Assembly: GCA_009773665.1 (NCBI GenBank)
Contig: WSYE01000011.1
Coordinates: 1,767 to 65,766, forward strand
Length of the DNA stretch: 64,000 bases
Direction: 5' to 3'
Source: Desulfovibrionaceae bacterium
GTDB taxonomy: Bacteria; Desulfobacterota; Desulfovibrionia; Desulfovibrionales; Desulfovibrionaceae
Part shown: positions 20,058-29,187 of the stretch, one piece after another
How positions within the stretch are numbered: position 1 is the stretch's first letter
Layout of the letters: each line of letters opens with the position of its first letter
Translations under genes and position numbers: made by a program
The notes under the pieces: generated by a model
What the model was told of the DNA's origin: nothing
What the model saw: the letters and a program-made list of their open reading frames with translations, nothing else
The model's database searches: none

Positions 20058-20978
20058 ATGCTTTGTCTTGACGGCCATGTGGACTCTTTCGCGATTCTGG
20101 ATCACTTGCCGATTGCGCTGGCAGTTGTGGATGCCCGCTCTCGGGATGTGCTGATGCTCAATCATAAATTCGTCGAGCTGTCCGGGTACACGGAAGCGCA
20201 GATAACCAACGAGCGTGACTGGTTCCCGCTGGCCTATCCGAATACCCGCTACCGCGAACGCATCGCGCAGGAGTGGAGCAGACGGGCGAACTCCGCCTGG
20301 AACCATCAATGCAACGTCGAGCCCCTGGAGTCCGTGGTCACCTGCGCCGATGGCCGCGTTTGCACCATCCGTGCACATCTCGCCTGCCACCACGGCATGA
20401 ACATCATCACACTGGTGGACATCACCGACCAGAAGCAGCTCCAGGGGCAACTCCAGGAACAGGCCTCAACGGATTCGCTCACCGGGCTCTGCAACCGCCG
20501 TGCATTCTTCGCGGGCATGGAGCAGGTTCTGGCCCTGTCCTCGCGCCACCTGCGTCCCGTGTCCATCATGCTGGCCGACATAGACCATTTCAAGGACGTC
20601 AACGACACGTTTGGGCACCAGGCCGGGGACGCCGTGCTGCGCCATGTCGCGCAACTCATCCGCAAGACCCTGCGGACCAGCGACATGGCGGCGCGGGTGG
20701 GGGGTGAGGAGTTCGCCTTGCTGCTCCCGGAAACCGGGCGTGCCGGGGCGTTCCGCATGGCCGACCGCTTGCGCTTGGCCATAGCCGAGAACATATGCAT
20801 TCACGGGAATCAGCCCCTCCCCATCACCATCAGCTTCGGTCTGGCCTGCCTGGAAGCGCACCACTCCGGCGACGCCCCCAGCTGCGACGAGTTCCTGCGC
20901 GCGGCGGATTCGGCCCTCTATGCCTCCAAGCGGGCGGGGCGCAACCGCGTGAGCCACCAGGACCTGCGCATCCCCTGA
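20058..20978 (+). CDS. PAS-GGDEF diguanylate cyclase
   Basis: PAS (LNHKFVELSGY..WFPLAYP), DSLTGLCNRR, DIDHFK, RTSD I-site + GGEEF; exact start uncertain. Confidence 0.9.
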   Translation: MLCLDGHVDSFAILDHLPIALAVVDARSRDVLMLNHKFVELSGYTEAQITNERDWFPLAYPNTRYRERIAQEWSRRANSAWNHQCNVEPLESVVTCADGRVCTIRAHLACHHGMNIITLVDITDQKQLQGQLQEQASTDSLTGLCNRRAFFAGMEQVLALSSRHLRPVSIMLADIDHFKDVNDTFGHQAGDAVLRHVAQLIRKTLRTSDMAARVGGEEFALLLPETGRAGAFRMADRLRLAIAENICIHGNQPLPITISFGLACLEAHHSGDAPSCDEFLRAADSALYASKRAGRNRVSHQDLRIP

Positions 20979-21162
20979 TACTGCGTCCTCATTCCAGAAT
21001 CGCCATCAGAAGAGATGGATGGGACGGCAGCGGGCCGGGATAATAGCAGAGTCCAAAGGGCGCAGCCTAAAGGCTGCGGGGGCTTCCATCCGCTACGGAT
21101 GATGCAAGGCCATGTGTTTGTCTCTGCTCGGCGCTCACGTGGCATTGGTTCGCTTATAAATA

Positions 21163-21199
21163 AACGCCCCCGGACGATCATGGATCGTCCGGGGGCGTT
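21163..21199. terminator. Long hairpin, likely terminator of the VOC gene (possibly bidirectional)
   Basis: AACGCCCCCGGACGATC-ATG-GATCGTCCGGGGGCGTT with A-rich left flank. Confidence 0.75.
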
Positions 21200-21221
21200 C
21201 TTGTCAGTTTGCTGGAGCAGG

Positions 21222-21797
21222 TCAGCTTCTGTCGAGTATCTCGCGCCCCTCGCCGGGGTAGATCTTCATGTCCTCGCGAGCGATGGGCTCTGGCGCGGGC
21301 CAGTGGCCGGGCTGCGGTTCGGAGCCCTCCAGGCGAACCTTGGGAGGGTTCTTGTCAACCAGCCGGGGGTGTTTTCTCAGGTCAATGCCCGGCTGGTTCC
21401 AGCTGAACTCGATGGCGATGTTGTTGGGGTCGAAGCTGTAGAGCGACAGGATGAACCCGTGGTCTATGATCTCCGAGGCCCAGAATCCAGCCGCTTCCAG
21501 CTTGGCTTTGAGTTCCCACAGGTCAGCCCGCTCCGCCACGCCAACGGAGATGTGGTCGAAGGCGAAGGGAATCTCCACCGGCACGCCGTGGTCCTTAGGC
21601 TCAAGCGGCTTGACGTTGGGCCACTCGAAGAAGGCGATCATGTCCGTCTCGGATATCTCCAGGAAGTAATGGCGATATCCGGGGTGGCCGATGCCCGCCA
21701 CAAGACGCATGCCCAGCAGGTCGCGCCAGAAGCGGATGGTGGCTTCCATGTCGCCCGTGGCCATGGCCAGGTGGTTGATGCCGGTGAAGCGGGGCAT
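21222..21797 (-). CDS. VOC/glyoxalase-family protein
   Basis: GINHLAM..DMEATIRFWRDLLGM, FDHIS, SLYSFDPNNIAIEF; start at ATG 21797 behind GGAGA. Confidence 0.9.
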   Translation of the reverse strand: MPRFTGINHLAMATGDMEATIRFWRDLLGMRLVAGIGHPGYRHYFLEISETDMIAFFEWPNVKPLEPKDHGVPVEIPFAFDHISVGVAERADLWELKAKLEAAGFWASEIIDHGFILSLYSFDPNNIAIEFSWNQPGIDLRKHPRLVDKNPPKVRLEGSEPQPGHWPAPEPIAREDMKIYPGEGREILDRS

Positions 21798-21829
21798 GGG
21801 GTCTCCTTGCTCGGGGGCCAGCCCCGAGG

Positions 21830-22684
21830 CTAGCCCAGCGTCAGGCCAAGGGCCTTGGGGTAGAACACGCCGCTGAAGCACACTTCGGCAGCGCCGCGCA
21901 GCACCACGTGGCCGTCTTCCAGGCTCACGCCGAGCACTTCGCCGCCGGTGGTGGTCACGTTCACCTCGGGGCCGGTAAGCCCTAGAGAATGGGCGATCAC
22001 GGCTGAAGCGCACGCACCGGTGCCACAGGCGTAAGTCTCGTCCTCCACGCCGCGCTCGTAGGTGCGAAGCAGCAGGCTGCCGGAATCCTTCACAGTGACG
22101 AAGTTGGCGTTGGTGCCCTTGGGCGCGAAGGCTTCGTGGAACCTGATGGCCTTGCCCAGGCGTTTGACGTCCGCCAGGGACACGTCATCCAGGAAGACCA
22201 CGGCGTGGGGCACGCCGGTGTTCACGAAGTGCACCGTGAGCTTCTCGCCGTCCACGTACAGTTCCTGCCCAGGGCGCAGATCCTGGGGAGGCGTCAGGCG
22301 CACCTTCACCTGGCCGTTGTCCAGCACTTCGGACCTGACGCCACCGGCGTCGGTGCCCAGCACGTGCTTCGTGGACGCGAACCCCAGCAGATTGCCCAGC
22401 TTGCTGGCGCAGCGCGCACCGTTGCCGCACATCTCGGCGCGCGAACCGTCGGCGTTGTAGAAGTGCCAGCGAAAATCAAGACCCGAGCCAGCAGGCGCGG
22501 TTTCCAGGAAAATCAGGCCGTCCGCGCCCACGCCGAAGCATTTGCGGCAGACCAGCCTGGCCCATTCGGGCATGCGTTCCACGGGAACCGCCAGCTCGCG
22601 GTTGTCGATGATCACGAAATCGTTGCCGCAGCCCTGCATCTTATGGAAGGCCACGCCCTGGCCCAGAGTGAAGTCGCACGTCAT
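21830..22684 (-). CDS. dapF: Diaminopimelate epimerase
   Basis: KMQGCGNDF, FYNADGSRAEMCGNGARC, NTGVPH, RTYERGVEDETYACGTG. Confidence 0.95.
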   Translation of the reverse strand: MTCDFTLGQGVAFHKMQGCGNDFVIIDNRELAVPVERMPEWARLVCRKCFGVGADGLIFLETAPAGSGLDFRWHFYNADGSRAEMCGNGARCASKLGNLLGFASTKHVLGTDAGGVRSEVLDNGQVKVRLTPPQDLRPGQELYVDGEKLTVHFVNTGVPHAVVFLDDVSLADVKRLGKAIRFHEAFAPKGTNANFVTVKDSGSLLLRTYERGVEDETYACGTGACASAVIAHSLGLTGPEVNVTTTGGEVLGVSLEDGHVVLRGAAEVCFSGVFYPKALGLTLG

Positions 22685-22752
22685 GAAAAGCTCCTGTCGT
22701 TGTCGATGCCCGAATCTACCAGAGTCTTTCGCGCCAGGGAAGATGTTGCCGC

Positions 22753-22768
22753 TGGCACACCCCTGGCA
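22753..22768 (+). promoter_or_regulatory. Possible sigma-54 promoter
   Basis: TGGCAC-ACCCC-TGGCA fits -24 GG/-12 GC spacing, about 70 bp upstream of the 22836 gene. Confidence 0.35.
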
Positions 22769-22835
22769 CTTCCATGGTGGGCCGACAACAGGCGGGAAAA
22801 TCTTGCCGCAAAGACGCATCGGCCAGGAGCGAATC

Positions 22836-23480
22836 ATGATCGGACTCTCCACAGCCATCTCCACCGGAACCTCCCTGGCTTCCTCGGTTTTCTCGGGGAT
22901 AGCCAAGCACCGCCAGCAGAACCAGGACGAGCGCCTGGCGCAAGGGACGCAATCCGGGCAGCTGTCCCCGGCAGAGCAGGCCAGACTCACCAGGGCCGAC
23001 TCCAGGAACGACGCGCGCATCAACCAGGCCATGGCCGACGGGACCATGGACGTTGGGGAATTCACGCGCATCATGCAGGCGCAGAGCGCCGAAAGCGACC
23101 GCATCGCCAAGCTCAAGAACGACGCCGACAACGCCGCCAAGCCGCTGGACGCGCAAGCGCAGTCCGTGGCCCTGGAAGCCTTCCAGAAGCGCCAGGAGAG
23201 CATCGACGCGCGCCTGCAGAAGGGCGTTGAATCCGGCAAGATCACTTCCGACGAGAAGACCGCCGTTGAAAAGGCCCAGGCCGAGGCTCAGAGCCTGATC
23301 GACAAGGTCATGGGTGACAACGTGCTCACCCGAGGCGAATTCGGCCAGGTGATGGGCTCACTGGACGTGGCCAGCAGGCAGGTGGCCTCCTCGCGCTACG
23401 GGCAGGCCGGAGTCTCCGCCCCCAGTGTGGCCGCGTCACCCCCTCCGGCCAACTACAAGCCTCTGAACGTGACTGTCTAG
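22836..23480 (+). CDS. Hypothetical helical repeat protein (paralog A)
   Basis: Ser-rich N-terminus, two Q..R...G..SG.(L/I)(S/T)..E...D....GEF repeats, ends LNVTV; AGGAG RBS. Confidence 0.75.
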   Translation: MIGLSTAISTGTSLASSVFSGIAKHRQQNQDERLAQGTQSGQLSPAEQARLTRADSRNDARINQAMADGTMDVGEFTRIMQAQSAESDRIAKLKNDADNAAKPLDAQAQSVALEAFQKRQESIDARLQKGVESGKITSDEKTAVEKAQAEAQSLIDKVMGDNVLTRGEFGQVMGSLDVASRQVASSRYGQAGVSAPSVAASPPPANYKPLNVTV

Positions 23481-23561
23481 CAACTCGGAACGTCGGCACG
23501 GACGCCGGGCGCATCCCTGGATGCAGCGACTCTCGAAAAGCCTTCGGGCAAAGGGCGAAGA

Positions 23562-24194
23562 ATGAGCACCGTCAGCACCAGCAGCAGTTTGAACGTGGCC
23601 TCCTACTTCAAGGACATCATCCAGGACCGCCAGCAGCGCCAGGATGAGCGCACTGCCGAGGGAGTGGCTTCCGGAGCAATATCTGCGAAGAATAAGGAGC
23701 TGCTGGCCAAGTCCGATGCCAAGAACGACGCCCTGATCGCCGCTGCTTTGAAGGACGGCAAGGTCACCCGCGACGAGTACGACCGGATCACGAAGGCTCT
23801 GAACACCCAGAACGCCGTGCTGGACAAGCTCATGAAGTCCAAGGACAAGGCGACGCTGAAGAAGGAGTCCATGGGAGACGCCACGCCCATGCAGGACCAG
23901 GACATGGCCCTGGCCATGCTCCAGAAGAACTTCACCAGCATCGGCAAGGCAATCGAGGCCGGTGTGAAATCCGGCAAGATAACCGAGGACGAGAAGACCA
24001 AGCTGGACGCGGTGCTGGAGAAGAGCCTTACGCTCATGGACAAGGCCATGGAAGACGGCACGATCTCCAAGGGCGAGTTCTCCACGGTGATCGCGTCGCT
24101 CAAGACCGCAGACCGCCAGGTGACCACCTACAGCCGCAACAGAAGGACCGCCGCGTCCGTGCGGCGCGAGGCGTCCATGAACGTGACGGTGTAG
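23562..24194 (+). CDS. Hypothetical helical repeat protein (paralog B)
   Basis: Same architecture as 22836..23480 (GVKSGKITEDEKT vs GVESGKITSDEKT), ends MNVTV. Confidence 0.8.
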   Translation: MSTVSTSSSLNVASYFKDIIQDRQQRQDERTAEGVASGAISAKNKELLAKSDAKNDALIAAALKDGKVTRDEYDRITKALNTQNAVLDKLMKSKDKATLKKESMGDATPMQDQDMALAMLQKNFTSIGKAIEAGVKSGKITEDEKTKLDAVLEKSLTLMDKAMEDGTISKGEFSTVIASLKTADRQVTTYSRNRRTAASVRREASMNVTV

Positions 24195-24238
24195 CTGGCG
24201 GCAGGCGTGCTGTAACGCGCCCATCCACGAATTTTCAG

Positions 24239-24268
24239 AAGCCGACGGGGCAACCCGTCGGCTTTCTT
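24239..24268 (+). terminator. Rho-independent terminator
   Basis: AAGCCGACGGG-GCAA-CCCGTCGGCTT + TCTT. Confidence 0.8.
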
Positions 24269-24406
24269 GCGTGATCGGCTCACAAGTATTTTCATGTTTT
24301 TCCCCACATAGCGCTATGTGGGGTGAAATATTTCCGAATCTGACTAGTCATACGGGGGCCCCAGCCAGGGAAGCCGGGGTAAATAACCTTACGGAGGTAT
24401 CCCCGT

Positions 24407-25309
24407 ATGCCTTATCCCACTCAGGCAGGTTCGACAGAAACAGGTTTCGCCGAGGAACAGGCCATTAAGCGCCAACGGTACGAAGACGCCCTGGACCGCT
24501 TCGCCGGATTCGAGCCCGGCGAGTCTCAACTCAGCGACGAACAGATCATGGCCCGCCGCGCCGCGCGGCAGAAATCCGGCGTATCAGCCGGATTCCCTCA
24601 GCAACAGTCGTATGCGCAGTTCGTTCAACGAGGCGTCAACGACATTCCCTTCGACACCCTCCTGGCCCACCTGAAGGCCCGCCCCGGCATGGTCGAGCAC
24701 CTGGAAGGCATCGACCTGGACGGCGACGGAATCCCGGACATCCCCCCCCAGCCGTCGCCCCAGATGATGGCGCACCCCATGGGGCGCATGGAGTGGCAGG
24801 CCATGCTGCAAAATCATCAGCAGGCCGTGCAGGCACGTCAGGCGCGTCGTGCCCATCGCAAGGCCGTCAACAACGAGGCGCTGCTGACGTACCTGAAGAC
24901 GCATGACCCGCTGTTTGGGGTCGTCCATGCAAAAGTCGAAGCTTACGTGAAGGCTCTTCCCCTCAAGCTGCAACGCCCTGTCCTGCGCGCCGTGGAGGAG
25001 ACTCCGGGAGCGTACATCGACCTCTACAAGGAGATGCGCGACATGGTGGCAGTGTCCATGCGTCTCGGGGGCAGACGTCAGCCCCGCACTAGCGGCAACA
25101 TGGACCGGGGACGCGACCCGCGCCAGGCGATCCGCCAGGCCGTAGCGGGCCGCATGAGCCCGCCCCAGTTGGAGAGCGCGGGCATGATCGATGAGCGTTC
25201 GCCCGGCGCGACCCGCGCTGCCGAGCGCGCCGCCCTGGTCAAGCGTGTGAAAGCGGGCGGCGCCAGGGAGGGCGACCTTCTCAAGTACCTGGAACTGTCC
25301 GGCCTGTAG
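24407..25309 (+). CDS. Hypothetical protein, possibly phage head-scaffold-like
   Basis: GGAGG RBS, host-like codon usage; helical Q/R/A-rich, DLDGDGIPD loop, C-terminal P.LESAG...KRVKAGG..EGDLLKYL; scaffold call is by resemblance only. Confidence 0.55.
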   Translation: MPYPTQAGSTETGFAEEQAIKRQRYEDALDRFAGFEPGESQLSDEQIMARRAARQKSGVSAGFPQQQSYAQFVQRGVNDIPFDTLLAHLKARPGMVEHLEGIDLDGDGIPDIPPQPSPQMMAHPMGRMEWQAMLQNHQQAVQARQARRAHRKAVNNEALLTYLKTHDPLFGVVHAKVEAYVKALPLKLQRPVLRAVEETPGAYIDLYKEMRDMVAVSMRLGGRRQPRTSGNMDRGRDPRQAIRQAVAGRMSPPQLESAGMIDERSPGATRAAERAALVKRVKAGGAREGDLLKYLELSGL

Positions 25310-25433
25310 CCGGTGCGGAAAGTACGGGCCGGGCATGTCGCCCGGCCCTTGGCGCAAAGATCGCCCGGTATGTTCGTGATGCGTGAACCGGGAGATGAAC
25401 TCAACGCAAAAACAACAATCCACGAGGAAACAC

Positions 25434-26285
25434 ATGAGTACCGAAGTAAATCATGACAGCGGCGACAGTGGCGACACCGGGGACTCCGGCGAGCACGGCG
25501 GATATCAAGGTGGAGATAACGGCCAGGAATCGGGGTACGGACACGACGATTCGGGTTTCTCCGACTCCGGCAATGACGAAGACCAGAACGGTTATGGTCA
25601 TGAAAGCGCCAGCGAGGACGACGGACATCAATTCAGCCCCATGCAGGAGCACATGGGGTTTACAACAGGCTTCGGCCCTGCGGCAGACCTGCCCAGGAAC
25701 GCCTTCGGAGTGCCGGACTACAGGGGCTTCAGCATGCCCGACAACAAGGCAAATTCACTCAGTTTCGGGAAGTCCCCCGAGTCGTATGGAGCGCAGCGGA
25801 ACATGACCTTCGGGATGGGCTTCGATCCGAACAGCAGCCTGCCCAAGAATGCGTTTGGTGTGCCGGAGTACAAAGGGTTCAGGATGCCAAGTGTCGGGCC
25901 ATCGTCAATCGATCTCAGCACAGGGGACGGTTTGACGCAAAATCAGCCAGAGTATAAAGGGTTCTGGCATGCGGTATTCAATCCGCAGGAGGCATACGAA
26001 AGGGCTAAAACGCTGAGGAGTTGGGGACATGGTTTCTACCCCGGAGAGGAGTATTCAGACGAGCGCCACTCCACTGTGAGCAACTTTCTTACCAAGGAAT
26101 ATGGGCCCACCTGGACACGCATGATGGGCGTCGCCAACGAGCTGCAAGGGTTTTTCAAGCACGATATAGATGACTTGCCAGGCAGAATAGACGGCGAGAG
26201 ACCATGGGCATTTTCATGGAATGACCTCCGTGCCAATGAAGTGGGCATCCAGAAGGCAGAGCAAGAGATGGAAAGTCGAAAGTAA
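25434..26285 (+). CDS. Polymorphic-toxin-like protein
   Basis: D/G/S-rich N-terminus, internal repeat LP(R/K)NAFGVP(D/E)Y(R/K)GF.MP, C-terminal D.RH...NE.QG...DL.AN..G motif resembling Rhs-type toxin tips; GAGGA RBS. Confidence 0.55.
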   Translation: MSTEVNHDSGDSGDTGDSGEHGGYQGGDNGQESGYGHDDSGFSDSGNDEDQNGYGHESASEDDGHQFSPMQEHMGFTTGFGPAADLPRNAFGVPDYRGFSMPDNKANSLSFGKSPESYGAQRNMTFGMGFDPNSSLPKNAFGVPEYKGFRMPSVGPSSIDLSTGDGLTQNQPEYKGFWHAVFNPQEAYERAKTLRSWGHGFYPGEEYSDERHSTVSNFLTKEYGPTWTRMMGVANELQGFFKHDIDDLPGRIDGERPWAFSWNDLRANEVGIQKAEQEMESRK

Positions 26286-26416
26286 GGTCTTCATTCACGC
26301 TGCCAGGAATACATGCACTGAGCCAGTCCGGGAGGGGAAACTCTTCCGGGCTGGCCATAACGATGTGGACTTGTTATTTTGCACTATCATACTCACTGGG
26401 GACAGGTGTTAATGGG

Positions 26417-26821
26417 ATGTTTACGATACGCCGTCTGATACTCTCGTGTATCAAGGTGACAGCGCTCCTTATCGTTCTATTGTTTGGTGTCATCTATTGC
26501 CTTGGCAAGTGTGATTGTCGCACATCGCCCGAGGATACAGCTAGGCTGAAACAATTGTCAGGGATTTACCCTCGCTATCATATTAAATTTGATTGTGAGT
26601 TATATCTAATAGTTAAATCACTTGAACCCATAACGAAGAAATCTGATCAGGAAGTGGTAGATATTTACAACAAATTTTTTGAAGACGACAATGGAAAACT
26701 AAAGCGGAAGACTTCATTTGTGTATTTGAATTTGTATGATAGCAAGGGTCGCTTCCAATATCAGCTAATCCACGACTGGCGTGTGAATGAATATGTAAAA
26801 CTAAACCAGGATTTTTATTGA
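26417..26821 (+). CDS. Low-GC hypothetical membrane-anchored protein (candidate immunity protein)
   Basis: Strongly AT-rich, N-terminal hydrophobic helix, directly downstream of the toxin-like ORF. Confidence 0.55.
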   Translation: MFTIRRLILSCIKVTALLIVLLFGVIYCLGKCDCRTSPEDTARLKQLSGIYPRYHIKFDCELYLIVKSLEPITKKSDQEVVDIYNKFFEDDNGKLKRKTSFVYLNLYDSKGRFQYQLIHDWRVNEYVKLNQDFY

Positions 26822-26848
26822 GTCAATGAAGCGCGCAAGCATACCCCG

Positions 26849-27601
26849 TCACGGCAACCCCCACTCCTTCTTCAGCTTCTGATACTCTGCGCGGGGAAGC
26901 TGCACCAACAGCGGCTTGCTGCCAGCATCCAGCCTGGACAGCAGCGACCGCAGTGCGCTTTCCTCCATGGCCGTACACCCTGCCGTCGGTTTGTCCGGGC
27001 CGCGCCAGATGTGCAGGAAGATGCACGACCCTTTCCCAGCCGATACAGGATCGCCGTTATGGTCCACCACGGCTCCCGCCGCGTAAAGCCCGTCCGGCCT
27101 GAGCATGGTTTCGGAGCTGTTCCAGTCTTTGGGGTGGGCAGAAGCATCCAGGATTCTGTTGTATTCGCTGGATAGCGGGTCATCCACGCATTCAAGGCCG
27201 GATGCGATCTTGAGGTACGGGAATGCCCGTATGGAATCGTTGTCCGCGTAGCCGAAGGCTGTGGAGATGCTGAAGATACCCGCAGGAGCCTTGCCGTCTC
27301 CTTCGCGCTTTTCAAGAGCTGCGCTGCGAGGTACTGTGTGCAGGCCGATCCCCCAGGCCATGCCTGTGCGCCCCAGGCTTACCGGGATTGCTTTGCCGAC
27401 AGCCGTCCACGGGCTGGACGGTGACCCCCTCTCGAACAGCTGCAACTGTCCCGTTCTCGCTTCCCAGGATTCTGACGTGACCACGAGAACCTGTCTGGAA
27501 CCGAAGAGAAATGATGCGTCAGGATGCGTCGCAGCATCACAGACGCTCTGAAACAGAAATACGGCCATAGCGGACAAGAATAAAACCAAGCGATGTGTCA
27601 T
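26849..27601 (-). CDS. L,D-transpeptidase (YkuD-like) family protein
   Basis: Signal peptide, KREGDGKAPAG, GSCIFLHIW..PTAGCTA (His/Cys dyad). Confidence 0.85.
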   Translation of the reverse strand: MTHRLVLFLSAMAVFLFQSVCDAATHPDASFLFGSRQVLVVTSESWEARTGQLQLFERGSPSSPWTAVGKAIPVSLGRTGMAWGIGLHTVPRSAALEKREGDGKAPAGIFSISTAFGYADNDSIRAFPYLKIASGLECVDDPLSSEYNRILDASAHPKDWNSSETMLRPDGLYAAGAVVDHNGDPVSAGKGSCIFLHIWRGPDKPTAGCTAMEESALRSLLSRLDAGSKPLLVQLPRAEYQKLKKEWGLP

Positions 27602-27682
27602 CTCTTTCTCTTTGGCGGCATACGCCTCAGCTTTCTACCGATTTGACTGCGATACACGGCATCCGGCGGCGTGGATCGTACG

Positions 27683-27719
27683 AAAAAGCCCGGCCTTCTC
27701 TGTGTGAGCGGGCCGGGCT
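27683..27719 (-). terminator. Terminator after paaK-like gene
   Basis: AAAAAGCCCGGCC...GGCCGGGCT, gives a U-tract on the minus strand. Confidence 0.6.
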
Positions 27720-27796
27720 AAACTGCGAAATCAGGGCGCGTGTGCGGCGTCCAGACATGTCCAAAACGATCTGACCCGCATCAAGCGCAGATAAGC

Positions 27797-29101
27797 CTAC
27801 GCCTCCCCGCGCTTGTCCAGAACGCGACGGGTCTTGCCGTCCTCGCTGGGAGCAAGTGCGCCCGGTTCGGTCATGCGCACCTCGAAGCCCACGCCAAGCT
27901 CACTAGCCAGACGCTTCCTGGCGCTCTCCAGGAACTTCTGCTGGTCCGCGATGCGGTCGAACACGAACTTCTCGGCCACTTCCAACTCCACGGTGGCCTT
28001 GTCCAGGCCGCGCTCACGCTCCAGCACCACGCGCCACTGGGGAGTCGTGCCCTCGATATCCAGCAGCACGGCCTCGATCTGGCTGGGGAACACGTTCACG
28101 CCCCGGATGATGAGCATGTCGTCCACGCGGCCGCGCACGCGTTCCATGCGCTTGAGCGTCCGGCCGCAGGGGCAGGCTCCGGGCAGAATCCGGGTCAGAT
28201 CGCCAGTCCGGAAGCGGATCAACGGGAAGGCTTCCTTGGTCAGGGTGGTGATGACCAGTTCACCCACCTCGCCGTCGGGCACGGGCTCCCCGGTGGCAGG
28301 GTCGATCACCTCGGCCAGGAAGTGGTCTTCGTTCAGATGCAGGCCGTTCTTCTCCAGGCATTCGCCCGCCACACCCGGCCCCATCACTTCGCTGATGCCG
28401 TAGTTGTCCGTGGCTGTCAGCTTCAGGCGGTCCTCGATCTGCGCCCTGGCCGTTTCGGACCAGCATTCGGCTCCGAACAGGCCGTGGCGCAGGCTGAGCG
28501 CGTTGGCGTTCACGTCCATCTCTTCCATGGTCTGGGCTAGGTACAGGGCGTAGCTTGGGGTGCAGACCAGCACGGAGGTTTTGAAGTCCTGCATGATGGC
28601 CACCTGGCGGCGCGTGTTGCCGCTGGAGGCCGGGACCAGGGCCGCGCCCAGGGCCTCGGCTCCTTGCAGGAAGCCGAAGCCGCCGGTGAACAGGCCGAAA
28701 TTGAAGGCGATCTGCACCACGTCCTCGCGGGTGACGCCGCCCGCCGTGAGGATGCGCGCCGTGAGCGCCCCCCATTTCTTGAGGTCGCCCGCCGTGTAGC
28801 CCACCACCGTGGCCTTGCCCGTGGTGCCGGAGGAGGCGTGCAGGCGCAGCACTTCACGCAGCGGCACGGCGAAGAAGCCGTAAGGGTAGGCGTCGCGCAG
28901 CACGGACTTGGTGGTGAAGGGCAGGCGCGCCAGATCGTCCAGGGAGCGGAAATCGTCGGGGTCGATGCCCAGTTGGCCGAAGGTCTTGCGGTAGTAAGGG
29001 ACGTTGCGGGCCACGCGGGTCAGCGTGGACTGAAGGCGCTCAAGCTGCAACTGCGCCAGCTGGGCGCGGTCCATGGATTCGTATTTGGGTTCCCACATCA
29101 T
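27797..29101 (-). CDS. paaK: Phenylacetate--CoA ligase family protein
   Basis: LHASSGTTGK, GLFTGG, YGISE..GPG, RFRTGD, GRVDDMLIIRGVNVFPSQIE. Confidence 0.88.
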   Translation of the reverse strand: MMWEPKYESMDRAQLAQLQLERLQSTLTRVARNVPYYRKTFGQLGIDPDDFRSLDDLARLPFTTKSVLRDAYPYGFFAVPLREVLRLHASSGTTGKATVVGYTAGDLKKWGALTARILTAGGVTREDVVQIAFNFGLFTGGFGFLQGAEALGAALVPASSGNTRRQVAIMQDFKTSVLVCTPSYALYLAQTMEEMDVNANALSLRHGLFGAECWSETARAQIEDRLKLTATDNYGISEVMGPGVAGECLEKNGLHLNEDHFLAEVIDPATGEPVPDGEVGELVITTLTKEAFPLIRFRTGDLTRILPGACPCGRTLKRMERVRGRVDDMLIIRGVNVFPSQIEAVLLDIEGTTPQWRVVLERERGLDKATVELEVAEKFVFDRIADQQKFLESARKRLASELGVGFEVRMTEPGALAPSEDGKTRRVLDKRGEA

Positions 29102-29187
29102 GGCGCGGCCTCCGCTCTGGCTTCTTGAGAGAGAGGGGCTCGCGGACATGCAGTCGCGCCAGCCCTTCTCTGGTGCGTTGTGCGTTG

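Noticed and set aside
24323-24338. Rex-like GTGAAATATTTCCGAA
   Set aside because: Right half-site is one base short and the left flank mismatches; no metabolic target downstream
24407-26821. Intact prophage
   Set aside because: No integrase, terminase, portal, capsid or att repeats in the vicinity
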